Source: Eledone cirrhosa
Taxonomy: Eukaryota
DNA: 64,000 nt
Reading direction: 5' to 3'
Assembly: GCA_964016885.1 (NCBI GenBank)
Contig: OZ024742.1
Coordinates: 82,770,001-82,834,000, forward strand
In this document: positions 53,584-64,000 of the stretch, in pieces
Numbering within the stretch: the first letter of the stretch is position 1
Layout of the letters: every line of letters starts with the position of its first letter
Made by a program: the position numbers and the translations under genes
The notes under the pieces: model-generated
Told to the model about the DNA's origin: nothing
What the model saw: the letters and a program-made list of their open reading frames with translations, nothing else
Databases searched by the model: none

Positions 53584-54089
53584 TTGGTGGGAGGTAGGGG
53601 TGGCTGAACTTGCCGGTAGAACAAAGAGGGAGTGGGGAAAGCCAGTCAGGCATTGAAAGTGAAATCTATACAGCAGATTCTACGGATAGTGTAAGGTCGA
53701 AAAATCGTACTGGAGAAAAGGAGAGGGTGGGAGTGAAAGAATAGGTAGGTCGAAAGGGAGTAAAATAAAACTATTTATTAAAAAATATATAAAGACAATA
53801 TTGATAGTGAGAAATGAAAAAAACAAAAACAGCTGCTAAAAATTAGTAGGTATTGCTAAGCTATAGAAAAGTAATCAATATTGTCATTTTATAAATAGTT
53901 TTATTTTACTCCCTTTCGAACTACCTATTCTCCCCCCCCCCCCCCATCTTTTCTCCAGTACAATTTTTCGACCTTTTAACACTATCCGTAGAATCTGCTG
54001 TATAGATTTCACTTTCAAAGCGTGACTGGCTTTCCCCACTCCCTCTTTGTTTTACCGGCAAGTTCAGCCACCCCTACCTCTCACCAAAT
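53582..54089. repeat. ~200-bp inverted repeat at the 5' end of PLE5
   Basis: 53582-53783 is the reverse complement of 53886-54089. Confidence 0.9.
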
Positions 54090-54276
54090 CCCATGATAGA
54101 TTTATCTGTTTTTATAACAAATTTTAACCAATCATCTTAACAATTACTATGTTCCCATATAAGGAAATTTCCCTTGAGAAGTTTGGCTATTTATTTACCA
54201 GGCTAAAAATTCTTATTTAGTCCAGAAAAAGCCGTCGAAACGGCTTGAGATCTGCCGTCGGGGTCATACTTGTTTC

Positions 54277-54312
<36 letters not shown>

Positions 54313-54314
<2 letters not shown>

Positions 54315-54465
54315 ATTGTTTCTACGTTTGGCACAAGGCAGCCAATTATCACAGTACATTACTGGTGCTTTATTTCATCGACTCCATAAGGATGAAAGGC
54401 AAAGTTGACCTCGGTGGGATTTGAACTCAGACCATAATGGCGTCATACTCTCTACCGATACGGCT
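54313..54465 (-). mobile_element. SINE family A, degenerate
   Basis: GGATGAAAGGCAAAGTTGACCTCGG..ATTTGAACTCAG. Confidence 0.8.
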
Positions 54466-55025
54466 AATAAAGTAAATTGACAAGAGTCAGGATAAGTAAA
54501 GTTCCTTCAATTCATTTATTTCTGCAAACACTATGTATATTTATTTCAGTAGGCAGGTTATGTAGGCAGCTGAGGACATTAGCAGGTGTATATTGCATAA
54601 TAGTTATATAACAATGGAATGGTGATAAATACGTTCCAAGAGACTGTCAGGAGAAAATGCAAAGAATGTAAAGCGGAGAGAAAAGAAAAGCAAAGAAGAA
54701 AAGAAACATTTTTTTGTATCTAAGGCGGTCACGCGAGCCCGTTGTTTCAATTTGGCTGTATGTAAGTGTGTATATATGTATATATGTGTGCATGTATATA
54801 TGTATGTATATATGTATGTATGTATCTAGGTATGTATGTATGTATGTATGTGTGTATGTATGTATTGTTATATGTGAGGGTGTGTGTGTGTCTATACGAA
54901 TTATCAGAGCAGCCACGTCGCTGACGTTATAATCATGAGGTTGACATTCGTCCTATGTAACTGTGCATTCTTAGCTGATGCTCTCTCTGTATTTCTTAAT
55001 TATATATAATTATATATGTATCATT

Positions 55026-55058
<33 letters not shown>

Positions 55059-55074
55059 ATGAGAGAGAGAGAGA

Positions 55075-55143
<69 letters not shown>

Positions 55144-55557
55144 TAGAAGTTATATTTAATTTGTTGGAAATCCGACAATCATATATATATACTCGTTAAT
55201 ACTTTACCCAATAAAGGCACGACGGGTCACGTTGTGGCTCAATGAAGAATTAATAAATTAAATAATCAGAGCTATATATCATAAAACATGTCTATAGAAT
55301 CACTATATAAAATATATACCGTTTCCTCTCTCAATTAGCATAATTAACCATATAAAAAATCAATTAGACCAAGCTATAAGAATATAGGCTCCTATGAAGA
55401 AATCTCCGACAAATAACCGAAAGCCGCCCCTTCGCGGCGGTTACGACGGAGTATGTATCGAACATTTTGACAGTATGTACAAATCGACCAGATATACAGT
55501 CAACTAAACACAATTAGGTGTAAAATAAACTAGAGAAATGCGTAAATATTTAATTAC

Positions 55558-55631
55558 CTCTACCTTGGTTTCGTCCGTATTTTAAGACATCCTATAACAG
55601 GGGACGTCCAGAGCTTCGGATTCATCAGGAG
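55558..55631 (-). ncRNA. hammerhead ribozyme, repeat 1
   Basis: CTC-CTGATGA-A-TCCG[..GACGTCC..GGATGTC..]CGGA-C-GAAA-CCAAGG-TA-GAG. Confidence 0.7.
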
Positions 55632-56217
55632 TTAGCTCAAATTTAGACAATTAATTTTCCAAAGTGATCGCGCCAAGAATACATTCAAAATGGCTAAGAA
55701 TCGTGACGTGGCAGCGGTCAAGTTAGAAAGGATGTGATTAGTTGCTTACGGCTGGTAGGTTTACTGCTAGAAAGCGCAGCCCAATACACCCAAATTGTAT
55801 CTCAATATAACGGGAGATTATTTCATATAAAGGTTTACATATATATATATATAGTGTCATAGATATATATGTGTTTTGCAGCGGGTAACGTTGTGGCTCA
55901 ATGAAGAATTAATAAATTAAATAATCAGAGCTATCTATCATAAAACATGTCTATAGAATCACTAGATAAAATATATACCGTTTCCTCTCCCTATTAGCAT
56001 AATTAACCATATAAAAAATCAATTAGACCAAGCTATAAGAATAAAGACTCCTATGAAGAAATCTCCGACAAATAACCGAAAGCCGCCCCTTCGCGGCGGT
56101 TACGACGGTGTATTTATCGAACATTTCGACAGCATGTACAAATCGCCCAGATATACAGTCAACCAAACACAATTAGGTGTAAAATAAACTAGAAGAAATG
56201 CGTACATATTTAATTAC

Positions 56218-56291
56218 CTCTACCATGGTTTCGTCCGTATTTTAAGACATCCGATAACAGGGGATATCCAGAGCTTCGGATTCATCAGGAG
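56218..56291 (-). ncRNA. hammerhead ribozyme, repeat 2
   Basis: same fold with palindromic stem III ACCATGGT and GUA cleavage triplet. Confidence 0.75.
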
Positions 56292-56514
56292 TTAGCTCAA
56301 ATTTAGACAATTAATTTTCCAAAGTGATCGCGCCAAGAATACATTCAAAATGGCTAAGAATCGTGACGTAGCAGCGGTCATGTTAGAAAGGATGTGATTA
56401 GTTGCTTACGGCTGGTAGGTTTACTGCTAGAAAGCGCAACCCAAAGTGATCGCGCCAAGAATACATACCCATTGCAAAACACATATATATCTATGACTTT
56501 ATATATATATAAAC

Positions 56515-56566
<52 letters not shown>

Positions 56567-56667
56567 CAACCTTTACATATGTGGATACAGACATGTTGGA
56601 GAGAACATCCTACTTCTTTTTTTTCTCAGGCTGAGCCACCATGATGCTTACTATTCAACCTATATAC

Positions 56668-59165
56668 ATAGTCTTAGTCTTAGTTCCTCCAGTCTCTTGT
56701 GGAACATTGGGCAACGAGCTTCCTCCACTTGATCCTGTCACTGGCGGCCCTTCTAGCACCTCTCCACGTAATTCCCATGTCCCGCAGGTCCTCCTTGAAT
56801 GTGGTCCGCCATGTTTTTCGTGGTCTTCCCCGTTCTATCATGCCACCTTCTGGTACCCAATCCATGGCAATATGAGCAGGTCGATCTGCCGGCAAACGAA
56901 GGATGTGGCCCGCGAACCGCCGTCTCCTTTTCCGGACAATGTCCCTTAACCTCTCCAATCCTGACCTCCTCATCACTTCCTCGTTGCTAACTTGGTCTCT
57001 CCATGACATTTTCAATATGGTCCGAATGCAACGACGGTGGAACACACCAAGCTTGTTACATACACTTTCCGTACTGTTTCATGTCTCACAGGCATATATC
57101 GCTGTTGGTACTACAATGGACATGTAAACACGGAATTTAACGGCGTTGCCGATGGAACACCTGGACCATATCGGACGGAGTCGCTGGAATACCGCCGCTG
57201 CTTTTCTCAGCCTTGTGCGCACATCCACCTCAGCATCCCCATCATTAGAGATGTTGCTGCGAAGGTATTGGAAGTGGTTTACACATTCATTGTTATGTTA
57301 CGCTGACCAACCATGATGGGAGGATTTGGAGGGTCACCTGTCGACATGGTCTTGGTTTTTTCACAACTGATGCGCAGGCAACTTTCTCTGCATTGTCATT
57401 TAGAACGTTTGTCATCTCTTGCAGGTCTTCTCGGGTCGGGAATGGCCTATCACTGCGATGTCATCGGCAAAGTCCAGGTCGCTTAATCTCCTTCCATCCC
57501 AACTGATGCCAAAACGAGGGTCACTCATTGTCTTCTTCATGATGAAATCGATGACAATGAGGAAAAGGAAAGGCGAAAGGATGCAGCCTTGTCGAACACC
57601 CGTCAAGATGTCAAACATTTCCGTGTTTCCGTCCCTTGTCCTAACGCAGCACACGGAATGTGGGTACAGCGACCTGAAGATGTTAATATATTTCTCTGGG
57701 GCACCGTAGAGTCTTATAATATTCCACAATGACTCCCGATGAACACTCTCGAAAGCTTTCCTGAAGTCAATGTAGTTGACAACAAGGGACTTGTGGAACT
57801 CCCGACATTGTTCAATGATATTTCGGAGAGTAAAGATGTACTCTGAACAAACCTTCCACTGCGGAAGCCAGACTGTTCGTCTCGAAGATGACGATCTATT
57901 TCTGCTCTCAGCCGGTTCAGGATGACTGTGCAGAATACCCTCCCCGGCACTGATAGTAACGTGATCCCTCTCCAGTTGTTGCACTTGCTGAGACCGCCAT
58001 TCTTCAGTAGTGGTACAATCACTCCGTTTCCCCAGTCCTCCGGCACCTCCTCTTCTTGCCAAATCACATTGCATAAATGGGTGAGCTGCTCCTCTATTAC
58101 ATCCTCGCCGTGCTTCAGAAGCTCTGCAGGAATCTCATCCAGCCCTGCCGCTTTGTTATTCTTTTGGCAGCGGGTGGCCCTGGCCACCTCAGCTCTTGTG
58201 ATGTCGCCTAGTCGTACATCAAGCCGGTAAGTCGCTTCCTCCTAGTCAATCTCGAAGACTGTGTTGGGAGATGGCTGATTGAGGACCTCACGAAAGTGTT
58301 CGTTCCACCTCTGGGCCTGCTCTTCACTGGCTGCAAGCATCCGACCATCTTTGCTCTTGATTGGCAAACTGCTTCCACTTCGTCATCCAGTTAGCTCTCT
58401 GACGATCCGGTACAGCGTTTTGGAATCATTTCGATCTGCTTTCACCTGTGCCTCTGCAGCCCGATCTTCTAACCACTGGCGCTTGTCTTTTCGACAGCTC
58501 TTCTTTACTTCCTTCTCAAGACGTCTGTACTCTTTGTCCACTTCCTTCCATTGTTGTCGAATTTTGGTTTGATCTCTTTTGTTCTTAACATCCTTCCTTT
58601 CGGCAATGAGATTCCATGAATTACTGCTGATCCACTGTTCCCGGTTGGTCCCCCTTCTTCCAACAATAACTACATCAGCACTCGCCCTGACAGCCTGAGC
58701 AAACATCTGCCACTTTTCTTCACAGTTATGTGCGTGCTGTAGTTCTTGGAACTTATTCCTGATCTCCAGATAGAATCTCTGCCTTGGTCTTGCAGGCTTG
58801 CGCCAGCATATGGCCTCACGGTCCTATTTGCTTTGTTCTTCTTCAACCTCAAGCTGATTTTTCCAACCACAAGATGATGGTCATATCCGACGTCTGCCCA
58901 TCGGTAGCTGCGAACCTCGAAGAGAGAGGAACGCCACCTCGTGCCAATGCAGATATAATCAATCTCATTCCTGGTGTTGCCATCAGGGGAAGTCCACGTT
59001 ATCTTGTGAATACACCTATGGGTGAAGAATGTATTCCCGATGGAGAAGTTGCTGATACTGCTCAGGGACAGCAACCGTTCCCCGTTGTTATTGGTGGAAT
59101 CAGCTGAACCGTGGGGGCCAATGGCTGAATGTATTTCTCTCCTGTCTCCATCTAGCTTGGCATTG
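56668..59165 (-). mobile_element. RTE-clade LINE, 5'-truncated, degenerate
   Basis: APE C-terminus (ITWTSPDG..NEIDYI..DHHLV), KAAGLDEIPAEL, NWRGITLL, TGVRQGCILSP, DLDFADD, GRPRKTW. Tail (CTAAGA)2. Confidence 0.92.
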
Positions 59166-59726
59166 ACATATATACATAAGCATGAACAATATATATTTGT
59201 GGCTTATTTGAGCTCCTGTATGAGGTGAGGAAGGGTACCTGATCTTGACAACGTCAACACTGCCAGGTACAGCAGTCGGTTGATTCCCCCACTCCTTCTG
59301 CTAGAACATAGTAGATGGCGTAAATCGTCACCTTCCAAAATTAATAGCTTAATACTTTAAACTATTTATTTGTAAAGCTATCGCATTTTATTCAATATAC
59401 AAACTTTACATACATGTGTGTGTACTACAGCAGTATCAAGGTATGTATTAAGACATATACGATATATACGATATATAAACTTTCTCAATCGTGCCTGAAT
59501 TGTTTAAAGCTGTGTTCCTATCACAGCTGTCTCAGTAGTGGTTGGTGAACGCCAGACACTATTGATTCGGACCTTTTAATACGTCAGCGAAATTTACACA
59601 GTCGTTACAGAGAGAAGAATGAGCTAGATATAATATTATCGTATCGATGTTCTGCTGGAGTAGTACACTTGAATATAATGCGTGGTTGATTTGGCTGTTT
59701 TGCGATAGACATTATATGGACGCATA

Positions 59727-59943
59727 TACGAGGCTCAATTGAAAGCTTCATATACTGAAAGTTAATAGGCTGACCAAGATAGTCTCATAGAATAGTCAAA
59801 TGAAGTTTATTTTTCAACATAGTTCCTGAAAAGAAACAATGCAGTTATGAATATGAAGAGTTACATTTAATGCATGAAATAATTCATAGTGTTAGCATCA
59901 CTCCTTTATAGTCAGCGTATGAACGTTTCAGTCGAGCCTTGTA
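59727..59943. mobile_element. mariner-type MITE
   Basis: imperfect ~26-bp TIRs TACGAGGCTCAATTGAAAGCTTCATA and rc TACAAGGCTCGACTGAAACGTTCATA, preceded by TA. Confidence 0.7.
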
Positions 59944-61023
59944 TGATATAACTCTATATAATAAACACATAAAAATATTGATATGAATATATCTCACCAT
60001 ACTATACAGACCATTGTCTTCTGATCCTTTGAATAACATTAGTTTTTTAGGTTCCGATCATTTCTTTATTTTTCAAATCTTGATTTGCAATGGTGAATTT
60101 GGACCATCAAACTCTCTTCACCAACTTCGTGCAGATGTCATTCCACTAACTTTGCAATTGCTTAATAGAGGGCAAACATAGAAACTCGTTTTGTTTTCAC
60201 GTTTCCTGTTTTCCCACCCACAAACACTTATTAATCAATATAATTTGATCATCTACACATATATATATACACACATATATCTTTCATAATTTATATTAGG
60301 TTCAGTACCCAATAAGACAACATTGGTGCTTGAGTAATGTATATAATCAATTAGCGTTCCACTCAGCCTAGGTGGGTCTACATCGATATGCATCAGTATA
60401 ATAATAGTTTCAATTACCATATTTCATATTTATTTTTATACATATAAATTCTATTTGATGATATTCTTTTACCTAAGCTGACATATTTAAACGCATTCAC
60501 AACAACTGTCAGCTCCTATGACGTTTAACGGATATGAGCAACTACGTACATGTTATAACTTATTACGATATGTATTGGTATAATAATCGCACGATATATT
60601 AACTCAAGGAGATCTTCCCTCTCATCTTCGACATTCTTCAATTACGCAAGTTTATTTAGAGCCATACGTACTAACAGTGCATTTAACATAGCTTGAATTA
60701 TTCTATGATATATGCAATAGACGTTAATTCATAGAGTGGATACTCAGTTGATTGAAAGACTGAAGCCCATATTCGATACTGAAGAAGAAGAATTCATTTA
60801 GTAGGTACAATATGCCCATTGGTGATGGAAGGATATATATATATATATATGTATGTATGCTAAAATTGATTTATCGTTGATCAGAACGGGATGTAACACA
60901 GAATGCAAAGAATGAGAAAAGGAACACTGCAATTTTCATTTCATTCAACACCCTATCAATTCTGCCTGTCCACTACACATTTACAAGTTTTGTATAAAGC
61001 TATGCTTGAAGCGAAATCCTATT

Positions 61024-61049
<26 letters not shown>

Positions 61050-61059
<10 letters not shown>

Positions 61060-61619
61060 GGAATAGAAAGAAACGAAATTTCATTTCTCACTCTTAGAAG
61101 GACACTTACTTAAATGTAAGTATGTATGTATACGTACATACATATTTGTATACAGACGTACAGTAGTATGTATATATATACATACATGCACACATATATA
61201 TATGCACGTATCGGTTTACCGAACATTTATTATAATGCTCAGTTTGTTTGTAAACAAACAAACAGCCCGACTTACGCCGTACAGTATTTAGGCAACCACG
61301 TCACCTTTTTGTTCAACACTGACACAGGAACGATGTACTCAACCATCTGGCAGGAAGGTATACGATGCTGACGATAGCTAATAAGCTTGAAACTAGTACA
61401 TCCTTCTTGTGTCAGTGTTGAACAAACAGGTGACGTGGTTGCCTAAACACAGTACGGCGTAATTCGGGCTGTTTATTTGTTTACAAACAAACAAACCGTG
61501 CATTATAATAAATGTTCGGTAAACCGATACGTGCATATATATATGTGTGCATGTATGTATCTATATACATACTACTATACGTCTGTATACATATATGTAT
61601 GTACGTATACAAGCATACT

Positions 61620-61625
<6 letters not shown>
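61050..61625 (+). mobile_element. ORF-less foldback element with a hammerhead in the loop
   Basis: arms ~61113-61339 and 61395-61625, flanked by (TA)n, same family as 29060-29432. Confidence 0.8.
61364..61402 (+). ncRNA. minimal type-I hammerhead ribozyme
   Basis: GATG-CTGACGA-T-AGCT(aata)AGCT-T-GAAA-CTAG-TA-CATC. Confidence 0.8.
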
Positions 61626-61682
<57 letters not shown>

Positions 61683-61685
<3 letters not shown>

Positions 61686-62000
61686 ATAAAAGCGAAAACA
61701 CAGGTAAGCATTAAAAAAAGGATTTTATCCAGGTATTAATTTTCGCACTTCAAGTGCAAATCGAACCCTTAACTCCTACTACCACCTGACAAACTGCATA
61801 CACTTAGACTTTCTACCCTCTTATTGAATCTAACCCCTTTAATTACCCACAACAACCAATACTTATCTCCCTCACTCCTCCTTCATTCCTTTTCTTTTTT
61901 TTCGTTTTCTTATTTTCTTCTCTCCCTTATTTTATTCTCTTTTCTTTTCTTCTTTTTTCTATTCACCCTTTTTATATATATATTTATCTCTCTATCTCTC

Positions 62001-62040
<40 letters not shown>

Positions 62041-62411
62041 ACTATAAACAATTTAATTCTCTTTAACTCCCTACAAATTGACGACATCAAATCTACGAAT
62101 CAAAACTGATCAAGGAATCCTTCCATCTTCACCCCTCCCGACATCTCCGTTTGTCCCTCTACTTCCTAATTATGTTACCCCTTCCTCTCTTTAGCAAATA
62201 CGATTAAAAAAAAATGTTTTTTTTATATATTAAGAACCTTTTACAAGTAACTTATTCATTATTTTGAAAATTTGGAGGTGAATAAGAGTCATTATCGAGT
62301 GGCTGCTATTTGCAGTATAGCGATATCAGGTTGCGCTTACCAATGAAACGGTCGTAACTACCTGGATAAAATCCTTTTTTTAATGCTTACCTGTGTTTTC
62401 TCTTTCATTCT
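61683..62411. repeat. ~53-bp inverted repeats enclosing ~620 bp (Penelope-type end structure)
   Basis: 61683-61735 vs 62359-62411. GAAA-CGGTCG-TA lies just before the right arm. Confidence 0.75.
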
Positions 62412-62570
62412 TTATACTCTAAACTGAACGTGATTTACTAACCACATTCTTACAAACTTGTGGAGTTAGCCCTAACCGTACGTTGGAAACCGTTGGAAAC
62501 CGTCCAAGAATCTTAACAACGAACTGGATTACAATAAGCAATTTTCTGCTTTCCTAACTATATATATATA

Positions 62571-62750
62571 TTAGTTATGTAATAAACAACATAAGATAAT
62601 TATTTCATTTACCAGTGGTTTTTGGAAAGCAGATATATCTGCTTTCAGTCGTCAGATGTTTTTATTAAATATGGATTTGAAAACAAAATATAAGAAATAT
62701 GAAAGTGAGGCTGAGGAAACAACGGACGAAGAAGAAGGGAAAATAAAGAA

Positions 62751-62799
<49 letters not shown>

Positions 62800-63287
62800 A
62801 ATAAATAAACAAACATACACACACTCAACCACGCGCATATACTTAAACAGTACGTAGACATATGCTGTCACATAAGCGTATATGTATCAACCGACATGGA
62901 CGAAATACATACACATACATCTACATGAAGTAATACGGATAAATAAATAAATGAATAAGAACAAAAAATATTCAAAGTCAAAAATAAAATAAAATAAAAT
63001 AGAGAGAGGATGCGCGTTGACAACGATACGAGGGAGGTGGGGGTAGGGGATTAAAAACAAAATATTTGTTATAATATATATATATATATATATGTTCTTT
63101 TTTCCCTTCTTCTTCGACCGTTGTTTCCTCAGCCTCACTTTCATATTTCTTATATTTTGTTTTCAAATCCATATTTAATAAAAACACCATGTTTTATTAA
63201 TTCTGACGACTGAAAGCAGATATATCTGCTTTCCAAAAACCACTGGTAAATGAAATAATTATCTTATGTTGTTTATTACATAACTAA
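62571..63287. mobile_element. ORF-less foldback element with a decayed hammerhead in both arms
   Basis: arms 62571-62750 and 63094-63287. Motif CTGACGA-CT-GAAAGCAGA(tata)TCTGCTTTC-C-AAAA-ACCACTGG-TA at 63203-63248. Confidence 0.75.
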
Positions 63288-63351
63288 TAAGCTCCGTAAC
63301 CTACATAGAGCACTCTTTTTTCCTGTACCTTACCGGTGGAATCTCTTCATT

Positions 63352-63426
<75 letters not shown>

Positions 63427-64000
63427 ATAACTATCTGTAGTTGTACATATGAGTACGTGAGTCTCACATCAAGTTAAAATCAATGCACCAGTAATTAGGC
63501 CGCGAAAAAGATTCACTAATCTTTGACACTACGATGTGAATGAAAACAGGACATTTTTAATGGGTCATGTTTGAGTCTATTAGTAAGTCATGGGTAAGTA
63601 CTTCAAATTCAACGAATGGCTTTTCTTTATTCTTTGTTCATGATTTCATCTATATGTCACTGGAAAAATCCGTATACAATTTCACTTATTTTGAACCATA
63701 TCTATGCAAGTGTGCATCTGAAAATTGAAACGAACAGAAATATCAATATATGCTATATCAACTTCAGTGTGAATAATATTGACAATAATACTTTCTATGT
63801 ATTTGTTTTTCACTAGAGCCTATGCCATGGTTTTTAATTGTAAGATTTTAAATAATTCATAGTTTCTATATCTTTAGCAAAGGCGTCAGTATATCAAATA
63901 TGTTTTAATTTGATGCTCTTGTTTGATTTTCACTAACTTCCTTTTTCTGAAATATAATTTTTTAATACATTTTATACTTGTTTATATTTTATGGTTTCTT

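Larger units (their letters stand above)
55223..56444 (-). repeat. two ~560-bp direct repeats (period ~659 bp), each carrying a hammerhead
   Basis: 55223-55784 and 55882-56444 are highly similar. Confidence 0.9.

Noticed and set aside
59200-60100. Additional microexons (e.g. CAGTATCAAG|gtatgt)
   Set aside because: Splice signals are weak and no consistent phase chain could be built.

Overview
Repeat-saturated eukaryotic (animal) genomic DNA. An octopus/cephalopod origin is an inference from the SINE type and the (TA)n/(GT)n/(ATT)n load. No complete host gene is evident. Contents: (i) Tx1/L1-clade LINEs and two R4/Dong-like restriction-endonuclease LINE families stacked in (ATT)n/(TAA)n tracts; (ii) one RTE LINE; (iii) six Penelope-like (RT + GIY-YIG) elements or remnants; (iv) about 11 copies of a tRNA-derived SINE, a second SINE family, two Tc1/mariner derivatives and a non-autonomous Helitron. 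The main hidden layer is RNA structure. More than 15 minimal type-I hammerhead ribozyme (HHR) motifs, intact or decayed, were read by eye. Some lie in Penelope 3' regions. Many lie in ORF-less foldback or tandem units inserted at (TA)n, including C-C-G-A core variants and hammerheads with large branched stem II insertions. Also seen: a candidate double-pseudoknot RNA at the 5' end of a full-length Dong/R4 element, and a phase-compatible chain of candidate host microexons. All alignments and folds were done by eye, and element boundaries are approximate.
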